Shown here: piece after piece, positions 27,101 to 39,600 of the stretch
How the letters are laid out: each line of letters begins with the position of its first letter
How positions within the stretch are numbered: the first letter of the stretch is position 1
Source of the DNA: Eledone cirrhosa
Lineage: Eukaryota
Reading direction: 5' to 3'
NCBI GenBank assembly: GCA_964016885.1
Contig: OZ024741.1
Location: forward strand, 73,718,001 to 73,782,000
Length of the DNA stretch: 64,000 bases
Notes under the pieces: model-generated
Told to the model about the DNA's origin: nothing
The model's database searches: none
Seen by the model: only the letters and a program-made list of their open reading frames with translations
Made by a program: the position numbers and the translations under genes

Positions 27101-27399
27101 TGATACACAAGACAGGACCCGATCCGCAGATCACAACCCACACAAAACCTATTCCAAAATCGTAGACCCCTGTCCACACAGAGCCTGTTCCAAAATCCCA
27201 ACCCACACAAAGGAACAAAATCTACAACCCGGACTATCAACAAACCGAACCTCAATACGTCCGAAACTTCTATACAAGACCACACAACAACAGGGGAAAT
27301 GCCATTAGATATAATAATACCATTGAAAAAACATTCCAGAAAATTCATTTTTTAGGCCAAGGCTACAGGACCCACGACACCCGGTGGCACAAACCGATT

Positions 27400-28030
27400 T
27401 TGAAAAACCGAAAATAATCAACCTTTCAAATACAAACCTCTCAGTCAACAAGTAAAAATTCTCTCCAAAGGACTGAAATTCACACCAACACCACAATATT
27501 CTAACCTCAATGAGATAAATGACGATATTTCACACTTCTGTAGAAAAGTACGTCTCACAGAGGAATTCTTTGACAAGGAGAATAACGACCAATCAATGTA
27601 CTGAATAAAAGCAGCTACAATCCAACAAAAGGTAGAAACAGAGTTCTGGACAAATTTTGTGACCACATAGCTACTTTCCCATACCATGAATTACCGCAAC
27701 CTAAACCTAAACCCGACACGAGTCGAAGGGAATGGGAAATTATCCATGAACTAAAAAACAATACGGATATTATAATTAAGGAAGCGGACAAGGGAAGTAC
27801 TGTTGTCATTATGGATGCTGAAAATATAAAAATTCTTTGTTCTGTCTCTTACAAAATACTAATTACTATGAAAGAGTAAAAAAACTACCAGCAATCAAAA
27901 ACAATGACCAGATTCAACACACTGATTTGTCGATACCAGGAAGACTTAACTAAAAAGGAACGCGCGATTATTTAACACATTTTGAATACAAAACCAGTAA
28001 CTTTTACGGACTTCCAAAGATCCACAATAC
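27400..28030 (+). pseudogene. Fragment of a third Penelope-like RT ORF
   Basis: IINLSN, SKGLKFTPTP, F.RKVRL.EEFF, LKNNTDIIIKEADKGSTVVIMD, NFYGLPKIH, with stops and frameshifts. Confidence 0.82.
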
Positions 28031-28387
28031 AACAGAACAAATACGAATAAGTAAGGAAAATATGTTCATTCAAATATATTCCTACTAACGGAATCATTTT
28101 CCTACACACACACACACACACAAATATATATTCTCTTCATCTTAACATGCTAACCATACTCCCACACACACATAACACCCATACATACAGACATAATACC
28201 CCCCCCCACACACACACACAACTCCCTCCCCCATTTCTACTAATAGAATCACTTTCCTACACACATAAACACACACAAAATATATATATTCTCTCCATCT
28301 TAACATACTTCCCCCCACACACACACATAACACCCATACACACACACACAACTCCCTCCCCCCTTTCTACTAATAGAATCATCTTCC

Positions 28388-28439
<52 letters not shown>

Positions 28440-28457
<18 letters not shown>

Positions 28458-29351
28458 AGCACACAAATAAACATACATATCTCTACTTTCTTTATTTCAA
28501 TAGAAAAACTGAATTCTGACACCCCAGCAAACCACCCATATTCACTGAACCAGAACAATTCTCCCATCCCATTTCTGTTGACCATTATCTTTTGCTTGTC
28601 ATAAAATTCTCTAAAAGGCTACAAAATAAATTCCCAAATACGGGCGCGAAATTTAATGAACTTGTTCACGTGACAGTCATAATTTCATTTATAACCAATC
28701 AAATTACATTTATTTAAAAAAAGCCTTCGTGAGCCACTTTTTTAAAGTAAAAAGAAATTCAAACAAACTTACGCGAAAGCTGATATACTTATTCACGTGA
28801 CTACATCAACCAACCAAACTTCACTCATATATGAAAAAACAACTTGCCATATTCACTGAACCAGAACAATTCCCCCCATCCCATTTCTCTTGACCATTAT
28901 CTTTTGTTTGTCATAAAATTCTCTAAAAGGCTACAAAATAAATTCCCAAATACGGGCCCGAAATTTAATGAACTTGTTCACGTGACAGCCATAATTTCAT
29001 TTATAACCAATCAAATTACATTTATCAAAAAAACCCTTCGTGAGCCCACCCCCTTTTTTAAGTAAAAAGAAATTCAAACACTCATATATGAAAAAACAAC
29101 CTGACGCCCACCCCCTTGTTTGAAGAACTTTGTAACGCGAACTTAATTATACTTATTGACCAACCAATCAAATTACTTCTCTAAAAACCTAGCGTATCGA
29201 GCCACTTTTTTTCCATATAAAACAAGTAACATTCAAAGACCAACCAGATGTGAGAAAAACCACAGACCGTCCATCTCAACTCTACTTTTGAAAATCAGAA
29301 GAACTGTGAAACCGGTAAAGAAACCAAATAAATATATATATTTTATATATA

Positions 29352-29444
<93 letters not shown>

Positions 29445-30127
29445 TTATATATATATATTTATATTTATAATATATAATATATATAATATATAATATATAT
29501 AATATATAATATATATATATATATATTAGAAAGTGAGGTTTTTTTTACAAAATGAAAAATAACCGAGGTGTCCTACACGAGTGAAAGTATAAAGAAAAAG
29601 AGATGAAATCGAAAATGCAACTGGAGTCTTATTTTTTTTTAAATATATATATTTATTTGGTTCCTTTACTGGAGTCTTATTTTAAAAAAATATATATATA
29701 TTTATTTGGTTCCTTTACCGGTTTCGCAGTTCTTCTGCTTTTCAAAAGGTGAGTTGAGATGGAGGGTCTGTGGTTTTTCTCACATCTGGTTGGTCTCTGA
29801 ATGTTACTTGTTTTATATGGAAAAAGTGGCTCGAAATGCCACGTTTTTCGAGAAGTAATTTGATTGGTTTGTCAATAATTATAATAAATTTCGCGCCAGT
29901 TCGCGTTACAATAGTTCTTCAAATAAGAGGGGGGGTTGTCACAGGTTGTTTTTTTCATATATGAGTGTTTGAATTTTTTTTTACTTGAAAAAAGGAGGCT
30001 CACGAAGGCTTTTTGGGGGTTGGTTATAAATGAAATTATGGCTGTCACGTGAACAAATTTTCATTAAATTTTTGTGCCCTTATTTGGAAAGCATTCGTGA
30101 GCCACCTTTTTCTAAAGTCAAGAAATT

Positions 30128-30163
<36 letters not shown>

Positions 30164-30796
30164 CACACACACACACAAGCACACAAATAAACACACATAT
30201 CTTTACTTTCTTTATTCAATAGAAAATCTGAATTCTGACACCCCAGCGAACTAGCCATATTCACTGAACCAGAACAATTCTCCCATCCCTTTCTCTTGAC
30301 CATTATCTTTTTATTAAAAAATTCTCTAAAAAGGCTAGAGAATGGATTTCCAAATAAGGGCACAAAAATTTAATGAAAATTTGTTCACGTGACAGCCATA
30401 ATTTCATTTATAACCAACCAAAAAAAAGCCTTCGTGAGCCTCCTTTTTTCAAGTAAAAAGAAATTCAAACACTCATATATGAAAAAACAACCTGTGACAA
30501 CCCCCCCTCTTATTTGAAGAAGTATTGTAACGCGAACTGGCGCGAAATTTATTATAATTATTGACAAACCAATCAAATTACTTCTCGAAAAACGTGGCAT
30601 TTCGAGCCACTTTTTCCATATAAAACAAGTAACATTCAGAGACCAACCAGATGTGAGAAAAACCACAGACCCTCCATCTCAACTCACCTTTTGAAAAGCA
30701 GAAGAACTGCGAAACCGGTAAAGGAACCAAATAAATATATTTTTTTTTTTTTTAAATAAGACTCCAGTTGCTTTTTCGATTTCATCTCTTTTTCTT

Positions 30797-30797
<1 letters not shown>
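28440..30797. repeat. Cluster of family E: partial tandem copies (28440-29335) and a 1.2-kb foldback (arms 29590-30090 and 30347-30797); 35-bp end also at ~7135-7170
   Basis: Near-identical ORF-track peptides on opposite strands (29770+ and 30385-) confirm the inversion; copy ends at ~29335 and 30797 abut (TA)n. Confidence 0.88.
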
Positions 30798-30831
<34 letters not shown>

Positions 30832-30915
30832 TATGATCGTTGGCAAATCACTGATGAGGGACTCATTTTATAACATGTTATCCATGTGCAACCTGCAGTA
30901 TTCTTCTCCCCATTT

Positions 30916-30961
<46 letters not shown>

Positions 30962-31023
30962 TTATAATATATAATATATATAATATATAATATATATATA
31001 TATATATATATAATCATCGGAAT

Positions 31024-31089
<66 letters not shown>

Positions 31090-31536
31090 CATAACTCTGA
31101 TTTTGCGTTTCGCTTTTTCTACCCGCGAAATGCGATTCTCGCTGAATTTATATTTGTATTAATCTCCCGAGTCTTACAATTAACCTGTTAATAATTCTAT
31201 TGACAGATTAATTGCATAGGTTTATTTTAAAACTACCTGGTTGAGTGCTTATTCGATTTGTGCTATTTATGCAATTTTTTGCATGATTTACACATACTGA
31301 ATTTATTTACCAAAATCTGGGGTTTCCCCCTTGTGAGTTACGCATGTGCTTTTACAAAGCTCTGCGTCATTCACAAAGTTGGCGCAGTACAAAATACCTG
31401 TTGATAACGTGATATTCCCTGTTCGATCATTATACCAAAAGCTTATAGTTTTAAGCAGACAGTATTATTGATTTAGATGTCATAGAAACCCTGCATTTGG
31501 ATTTTACCATCAATTCGAATGGGTCCAGGTCGGTTA

Positions 31537-31606
<70 letters not shown>

Positions 31607-31734
31607 TTTATCATTTATATTGTTTGACCTGTTTAGCTTGACTTGTTTTTTGGCTTAGGTGGTTAATGCCTTCTTGACCACTTTTTCAGTTTGTATGACC
31701 CTAAATACAGTGTGTCTCTGATCAAATCATCGGA

Positions 31735-31790
<56 letters not shown>

Positions 31791-31797
31791 ACACGCG

Positions 31798-31881
<84 letters not shown>

Positions 31882-31942
31882 TATTTCCGTAGGAAAGGTA
31901 AAGGAAAAGAGAGTGCTCTATGTAGGCTACAGACCTTTTTAA

Positions 31943-32122
31943 TTATGTAATAAACAACATAAGATAATTATTTTCATTTACCAGTGGTTTCTTGAGGATA
32001 GATATTTATATCTGTCTTCAGTCATCAGAAAAAATAGTAAGGAATATTTATTGATAGATATAAATATCTGTCCTCAAGAAACCCTGGTAAATGAAATATT
32101 ATCTTATGTGTTTATTACATAA
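31943..32122. repeat. ~180-bp foldback with HHR-like motif
   Basis: Arms ttatgtaataaac..cttgagga.agatatttatatct are reverse complements. The left arm on the minus strand reads CTGAAGA-cagatat/atatct..GAAAC-CA-C-TG-GTA. Confidence 0.75.
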
Positions 32123-32138
32123 CTCTCTCACTATCTCA

Positions 32139-32203
<65 letters not shown>

Positions 32204-32208
32204 AATAT

Positions 32209-32259
<51 letters not shown>

Positions 32260-33136
32260 TATATACAAGTAAATAATCGAGAATCAGAATCTCGGCCCAC
32301 GAAATAATGATAAACAATCTTCGACATGTGTGGCAGAGGGCTCAATAGTTTGGATGAACCAGAGCTATAACTATCGTTAAAATACCAACACATAGAGACG
32401 ATGCCTAGATCATTCGCACAGCCGAAAAATACGACCAGGAAAATTCGGGTCCACTCAAATAATAAATTAATAAATTAATAAATTAAATGAATGTAAAAAC
32501 TCACCCGGACCCGCTAGAAGGATGTTAAATTCTAGCTTTTTGGGTTTTGAAGTTCCTTAATCAATTACTGTCAGCCCACATAAAAAAAATTGATATCTGA
32601 CTTCTAGTAAGAGATGAACGTGGAAAACTGCTTTCTCAACGGATGTTTCGTTCAAAATACAGGGGACCTGTTACTGGACGCGCGTGTAGTCCAGCAAAGG
32701 AGGAACCCTATATATGGCGAAAGAATTCAGTAAGTGTAAATTTTGTAAGAATCACATAACGAATAAGAGTTCTCAACAGACGTGTTAAAATAAACAAGAG
32801 CTATTCATCAGTCAATAAGATCAGCTAAAAAATCAATAAAATTAACTGGTCAATAGCTAAAATATATATATATATATATATATATATCATAAAATCAATG
32901 TCTTTAGAATCATCAGATATTAAAATATATACTATTTCTTCTTCTAATTAGCATAATTAACCATACATAAAATCAATCCTAGCAAGCTATAAGAATAAAT
33001 TCTCTTATGGGGAAATCTCCGACAAATAATCGAACGTAGCCTCTTCGCGGCGGCCCGTTCTAGTATTTATCCAACATTTCGACAGCATGTAGAAACTGAC
33101 TAAATATACCATCAACCATACACAATATATATATAT

Positions 33137-33206
<70 letters not shown>

Positions 33207-33211
33207 GAGAG

Positions 33212-33357
<146 letters not shown>

Positions 33358-33506
33358 GTGTGTGTGTGGCTGGAAGGTTCAACCACATGCACGTTAATTT
33401 CACGAAAATGCCTGTTCAAGCTACTGGAACACTAATCCTCAAAACCGACGGTGGTCTTACAACATGTAAGTATATATGAAATAAATATATGCACACACAC
33501 ACACAC

Positions 33507-33594
<88 letters not shown>

Positions 33595-33849
33595 TTCACA
33601 TACACACACGCTCACACACAAGGACACATGAGCATACACAGCAACTAGATCATATGTTCATAACTCATTAAATTGTTCTGACTGACATCAACGAAATATG
33701 GTGTTGTTTAGCCAGAAGGTGTTATCAACTGAAGTGAAAGGTTATATAAGTTGGTCAACTATTGGATAGTATTCCACTATTTAACCTCTCATTACACTCA
33801 CATTATCACATTACTTCATTGCAGCATTATTGTCACTAGCCTCCTTCTT

Positions 33850-36330
33850 ATTATTGTTGTTGTAAATACTGTTATAACTGTTGTTGTTGTAAACAGTTAT
33901 AACTGTTGTTGTTGTAGTCACTGTTATAATTGCTGTTGTAATCACTGTTATAACTGTTGTTGTTGTAATCACTGTTATAACTGTTGTTGTTGTAATCACT
34001 GTTATAACTGTTGTTGTTATAATCACTGTTATAATTGCTGTTGTAAACATTGTTATAACTGTTGTTGTAATCCCTGTTATAACTCTTGTTGTAGTCACTA
34101 TTATAACTGTTGTTGTTGTAAACAGTTATAACTGTTGTTGTAGTCACTGTTATAATTGCTGTTGTAATCACTGTTATAACTGTTGTTGTAGTCTCTGTTA
34201 TAACTGTTGTTGTAGTCTCTGTTATAACTGTTGTTGTAATCTCTGTTATAACTGTTGTTGCAATCACTATTATAACTGTTGTTATAATCACTGTTATAAC
34301 TCTTGTTGTAGTCACTATTATAACTGTTGTTGTTGTAAACAGTTATAACTGTTGTTGTAGTCACTGTTATAATTGCTGTTGTAATCACTGTTATAACTGT
34401 TGTTGTAGTCTCTGTTATAACTGTTGTTGCAATCACTATTATAACTGTTGTTATAATCACTGTTATAACTCTTGTTGTAGTCACTGTTATAACTGTTGTT
34501 GTTGTAAACAGTTATAACTGTTGTAGTCACTGTTATAATTGCTGTTGTAATCACTGTTATAACTGTTGTTGTAGTCTCTGTTATAACTGTTGTTGTAATC
34601 ACTGTTATAACTGTTGTTGTAATCACTATTATAACTGTTGTTGTAATCACTATTATAACTGTTGTTGTACTCTCTGTTATAACTGTTGTTGTAATCACTA
34701 TTATAACTGTTGTTGTAATCACTGTTATAACTGTTGTTGTACTCTCTGTTATAACTGTTGTTGTAATCACTGTTATAATTGTTGTTGTAATCACTGTTAT
34801 AACTGTTGTTGTACTCTCTGTTATAACTGTTGTTGTAATCACTGTTATAATTGTTGTTGTAATCACTGTTATAACTGTTGTTGTACTCTCTGTTATAACT
34901 GTTGTTGTAGTCACTGTTATAATTGCTGTTGTAATCACTGTTATAACTGTTGTTGTACTCTCTGTTATAACTGTTGTTGTACTCTCTGTTATAACTGTTG
35001 TTGTAGTCTCTGTTATAACTGTTGTTGCAATCACTATTATAACTGTTGTTGTAATCACTATTATAACTGTTGTTGTACTCTCTGTTATAACTGTTGTTGT
35101 AATCACTGTTATAATTGCTGTTGTAATCACTGTTATAACTGTTGTTGTACTCTCTGTTATAACTGTTGTTGTAGTCACCGTTATAATTGTTGTTGTACTC
35201 TCTGTTATAACTGTTGTTGTAGTCTCTGTTATAACTGTTGTTGCAATCACTATTATAACTGTTGTTGTAATCACTGTTATAACTGTTGTTTTACTCTCTG
35301 TTATAACTGTTGTTGTAATCACTGTTATAATTGCTGTTGTAATCACTGTTATAACTGTTGTTGTACTCTCAGTTATAACTGTTGTTGCAATCACTGTTAT
35401 AACTGTTGTTGTACTCTCTGTTATAACTGTTGTTGTTGTAAACAGTTATAACTGTTGTTGTAATCACTGTTATAATTGTTGTTGTAATCCCTGTTATAAT
35501 TGCTGTTGTAAATACTGTTATAACTGTTGTTGTAAATACTGTTATAACTGTTGTTGTAAATACTGTTATAACTGTTGTAAATACTGTTATAACTGTTGTT
35601 GTAGTCTCTGTTATAACTGTTGTTGCAATCACTGTTATAACTGTTGTTGTAAATACTGTTATAACTGTTGTTGTAAATACTGTTATAACTGTTGTTGTAG
35701 TCTCTGTTATAACTGTTGTTGCAATCACTGTTATAACTGTTGTTGTAGTCTCTGTTATAACTGTTGTTGCAATCACTATTATAATTGCCGTTGTAAATAC
35801 TGTTATAACTGTTGTTGTAAATACTGTTATAACTGTTGTTGTAAATACTGTTATAACTGTTGTTGTAAATACTGTTATAACTGTTGTTGTAGTCTCTGTT
35901 ATAACTGTTGTTGCAATCACTATTATAATTGCCGTTGTAAATACTGTTATAACTGTTGTTGTTGTAATCACTGCTATAATTGCTGTTGGAAATACTGTTA
36001 TAATTGCCGTTGTAAATACTGTTATAACTGTTGTTGTTGTAATCACTGCTATAATTGCTGTTGTAATCACTGCTATAATTGCCGTTGTAAATACTGTTAT
36101 AATTGCCGTTGTAAATACTGTTATAACTGTTGTTGTTGTAATCACTGCTATAATTGCTGTTGTAATCACTGTTATAATTGCTGTTGTAATCACTGCTATA
36201 ATTGCTGTTGTAATCACTGCTATAATTGCTGTTGTAATCACTGCTATAATTGCTGTTGTAATCACTGTTATAATTGCCGTTGTAAATACTGTTATAACTG
36301 TTGTTGTTGTCATATTATAACTGTTGTTGT
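33850..36330. repeat. 24-bp minisatellite (gttataactgttgttgtaatcact)n with palindromic GTTATAAC core
   Basis: Direct reading; variant blocks change along the array; occasional non-triplet indels (gtaaacagtt). Confidence 0.95.
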
Positions 36331-36592
36331 TCTAAGTTGTTGTAGTTTAATTCCATACCACCTCTGCCAGAGCAGACATACGATCAAAGAGATTTCAAAC
36401 ATGACCATCTCGTCTTTTTTTTCCAGTTGCATGTAGCACTACATCGCTTAATATGCTCTATCTTTATTTACGAGATTATGATATCATTTAATGAGAACTT
36501 GGCTGCTATTTTGAATAGCTGCAACATCGCCGCAGAGGTCTTGTTGCTGCTACTGTTGTTGCTGCTGCCGTTGTTGTTGCTGCTGCTGCTCC

Positions 36593-36627
<35 letters not shown>

Positions 36628-36679
36628 CAGTTGTTGGTGTTGTGTTTGCTTTCGTTGGTAGTGCTGTTGTTTTTAAATT

Positions 36680-39600
36680 TGGTAATGTTGTTGGTGGTGA
36701 TGTTGGTGTTGTTACTGTTGTTGTTGTTACTGGTGATGTTGGTGTTGTTACTGTTGTTGTTGGTGGTAGTGATGTTGGTGTTATTGCTGTTGTTGTTGTT
36801 GTTACTGGTGATGTTGGTGTTGTTATTGTTGTTGTTGTTGGTGGTCATGTTGGTGTTGTTACTGTTGTTGTTCTTACTGGTGATGTTGGTGTTGTTACTG
36901 TTGTTGTTGTTACTGGTAATGTTGGTGTTGTTATTGTTGTTGTTGTTACTGGTGATGTTGGTGTTGTTATTGTTGTTGTTGTTGGTGGTGGTGATGTTGG
37001 TGTTGTTACTGTTGTTGTTGGTGGTGGTGGTGTTGGTGTTGTTATTGTTGTTGTTGGTGGTGGTGATGTTGGTGTTGTTATTGTTGTTGTTGGTGGTAGT
37101 GATGTTGGTGTTGTTACTGTTGTAGTTGTTACTGGTGATGTTGGTGTTGTTACTGTTGTTGTTGTTGGTGGTGATGTTGGTGTTGTTATTGTTGTTGTTG
37201 GTGGTGGTGATGTTGGTGTTGTTACTGTTGTTGTTGTTACTGGTGATGTTGGTGTTGTTACTGTTGTTGTTGTTACTGGTGATGTTGGTGTTGTTATTGT
37301 TGTTGTTACTGGTGATGTTGGTGTTGTTACTGTTGTTGTTGTTACTGGTGATGTTGGTGTTGTTACTGTTGTTGTTGTTGGTGGTGGTGTTGGTGTTGTT
37401 ATTGTTGTTGTTGGTGGTGGTGATGTTGGTGTTGTTATTGTTGTTGTTGGTGGTAGTAATGTTGGTGTTGTTACTGTTGTTGTTGTTGGTGGTGGTGATG
37501 TTGGTGTTGTTACTGTTGTTGTTGTTGCTGGTGATGTTGGTGTTGTTACTGTTGTTGTTGTTACTGGTGATGTTGGTGTTGTTACTGTTGTTGTTGTTGG
37601 TGGTGGTGTTGGTGTTGTTATTGTTGTTGTTGGTGGTGGTGATGTTGGTGTTGTTATTGTTGTTGTTGGTGGTAGTGATGTTGGTGTTGTTATTGTTGTT
37701 GTTGTTGGTGGTGGTGATGTTGGTGTTGTTACTGTTGTTGTTGTTGCTGGTGATGTTGGTGTTGTTACTGTTGTTGTTGTTACTGGTGATGTTGGTGTTG
37801 TTATTGTTGTTGTTACTGGTGATGTTGGTGTTGTTACTGTTGCTGTTGTTACTGGTGATGTTGGTGTTGTTACTGTTGTTGTTGTTGGTGGTGGTGTTGG
37901 TGTTGTTATTGTTGTTGTTGTTGGTGGTAGTGATGTTGGTGTTGTTGCTGTTGTTGTTGTTACTGGTGATGTTGGTGTTGTTATTGTTGTTGTTGTTGTT
38001 GTTGGTGGTAGTGATGTTGGTGTTGTTGCTGTTGTTGTTGTTACTGGTGATGTTGGTGTTGTTGGTGTTGTTATTGTTGTTGTTGGTGGTGGTAATGTTG
38101 GTACTGTTACTGTTGTTGTTGTTGGTGGTGATGTTGGTGTTGTTACTGTTGTTGTTGGTGGTGGTGATGTTGGTGTTGTTATTGTTGTTGTTGTTGGTGG
38201 TGATGTTGGTGTTGTTATTGTTGTTGTTGTTGGTGGTGATGTTGGTATTGTTACTGTTGTTGTTGTTACTGGTGATGTTGGTGTTTTTACTGTTGTTGTT
38301 GTTGGTGGTGATGTTGGTGTTGTTACTGTTGTTGTTGTTACTGGTGATGTTGGTGTTTTTACTGTTGTTGTTGGTGGTAGTGATGTTGGTGTTGTTACTG
38401 TTGTTGTTGCTGGTGGTGATGTTGGTGTTGTTACTGTTGTTGTTGTTGGTGGTGGTGTTGGTGTTGTTATTGTTGTTGTTGTTGGTGGTGATGTTGGTGT
38501 TGTTATTGTTGTTGTTGGTGGTGGTGATGTTGGTGTTGTTACTGTTGTTGTTGTTACTGGTGATGTTGGTGTTGTTATTGTTGTTGTTACTGGTGATTTT
38601 GGTGTTGTTACTGTTGTTGTTGTTGCTGGTGATGTTGGTGTTGTTACTGTTGTTGTTGTTACTGGTGATGTTGGTGTTGTTATTGTTGTTGTTACTGGTG
38701 ATGTTGGTGTTGTTACTGTTGCTGTTGTTACTGGTGATGTTGGTGTTGTTACTGTTGTTGTTGTTGCTGGTGGTGTTGGTGTTGTTATTGTTGTTGTTGT
38801 TGGTGGTAGTGATGTTGGTGTTGTTGCTGTTGTTGTTGTTACTGGTGATGTTGGTGTTGTTATTGTTGTTGTTGTTGTTGTTGGTGGTAGTGATGTTGGT
38901 GTTGTTGCTGTTGTTGTTGTTGGTGGTGATGTTGGTGTTGTTACTGTTGTTGTTGTTGTTGTTGGTGGTAGTGATGTTGGTGTTGTTGCTGTTGTTGTTG
39001 TTGGTGGTGGTGATGTTGGTGTTGTTACTGTTGTTGTTGGTGATGGTGATGTTGGTGTTTTTACTGTTGTTGTTGGTGGTAGTGATGTTGGTGTTGTTAC
39101 TGTTGTTGTTGCTGGTGGTGATGTTGGTGTTGTTACTGTTGTTGTTGTTGGTGGTGATGTTGGTGTTGTTACTGTTGTTGTTGGTGGTGGTGATGTTGGT
39201 GTTGTTACAGTTGTTGTTGTTGGTGGTGATGTTGGTGTTGTTACTGTTGTTGTTGTTGGTGGTGATGTTGGTGTTGTTACTGTTGTTGTTGTTGGTGGTG
39301 ATTTTGATGTTGTTACAGTTGTTGTTGTTGGTGGTGATGTTGGTGTTGTTACTGTTGTTGTTGTTGGTGGTAGTGATGTTGGTGTTGTTACTGTTGTTGT
39401 TGCTGGTGGTGATGTTGGTGTTGTTACTCTTGTTGTTGGTGGTGGTGATGTTGGTGTTTATACTGTTGTTGTTGTTGGTGGTGATTTTGATGTTGTTACA
39501 GTTGTTGTTGTTGGTGGTGATGTTGGTGTTGTTATTGTTGTTGTTGTTGGTGGTGATGTTGGTGTTGTTATTGTTGTTGTTGTTACTGGTGATGTTGGTG

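Noticed and set aside
31011-31745. Repeated aatcatcggaatacacac and a hairpin at ~31097-31136 suggesting an HHR element
   Set aside because: The box reads CTGATTT, not CTGANGA, and the short repeat alone cannot define an element.
33751-36313. Thr/Ile-rich and Cys-rich ORFs
   Set aside because: Translation of the 24-bp minisatellite, with recurrent frameshifts.
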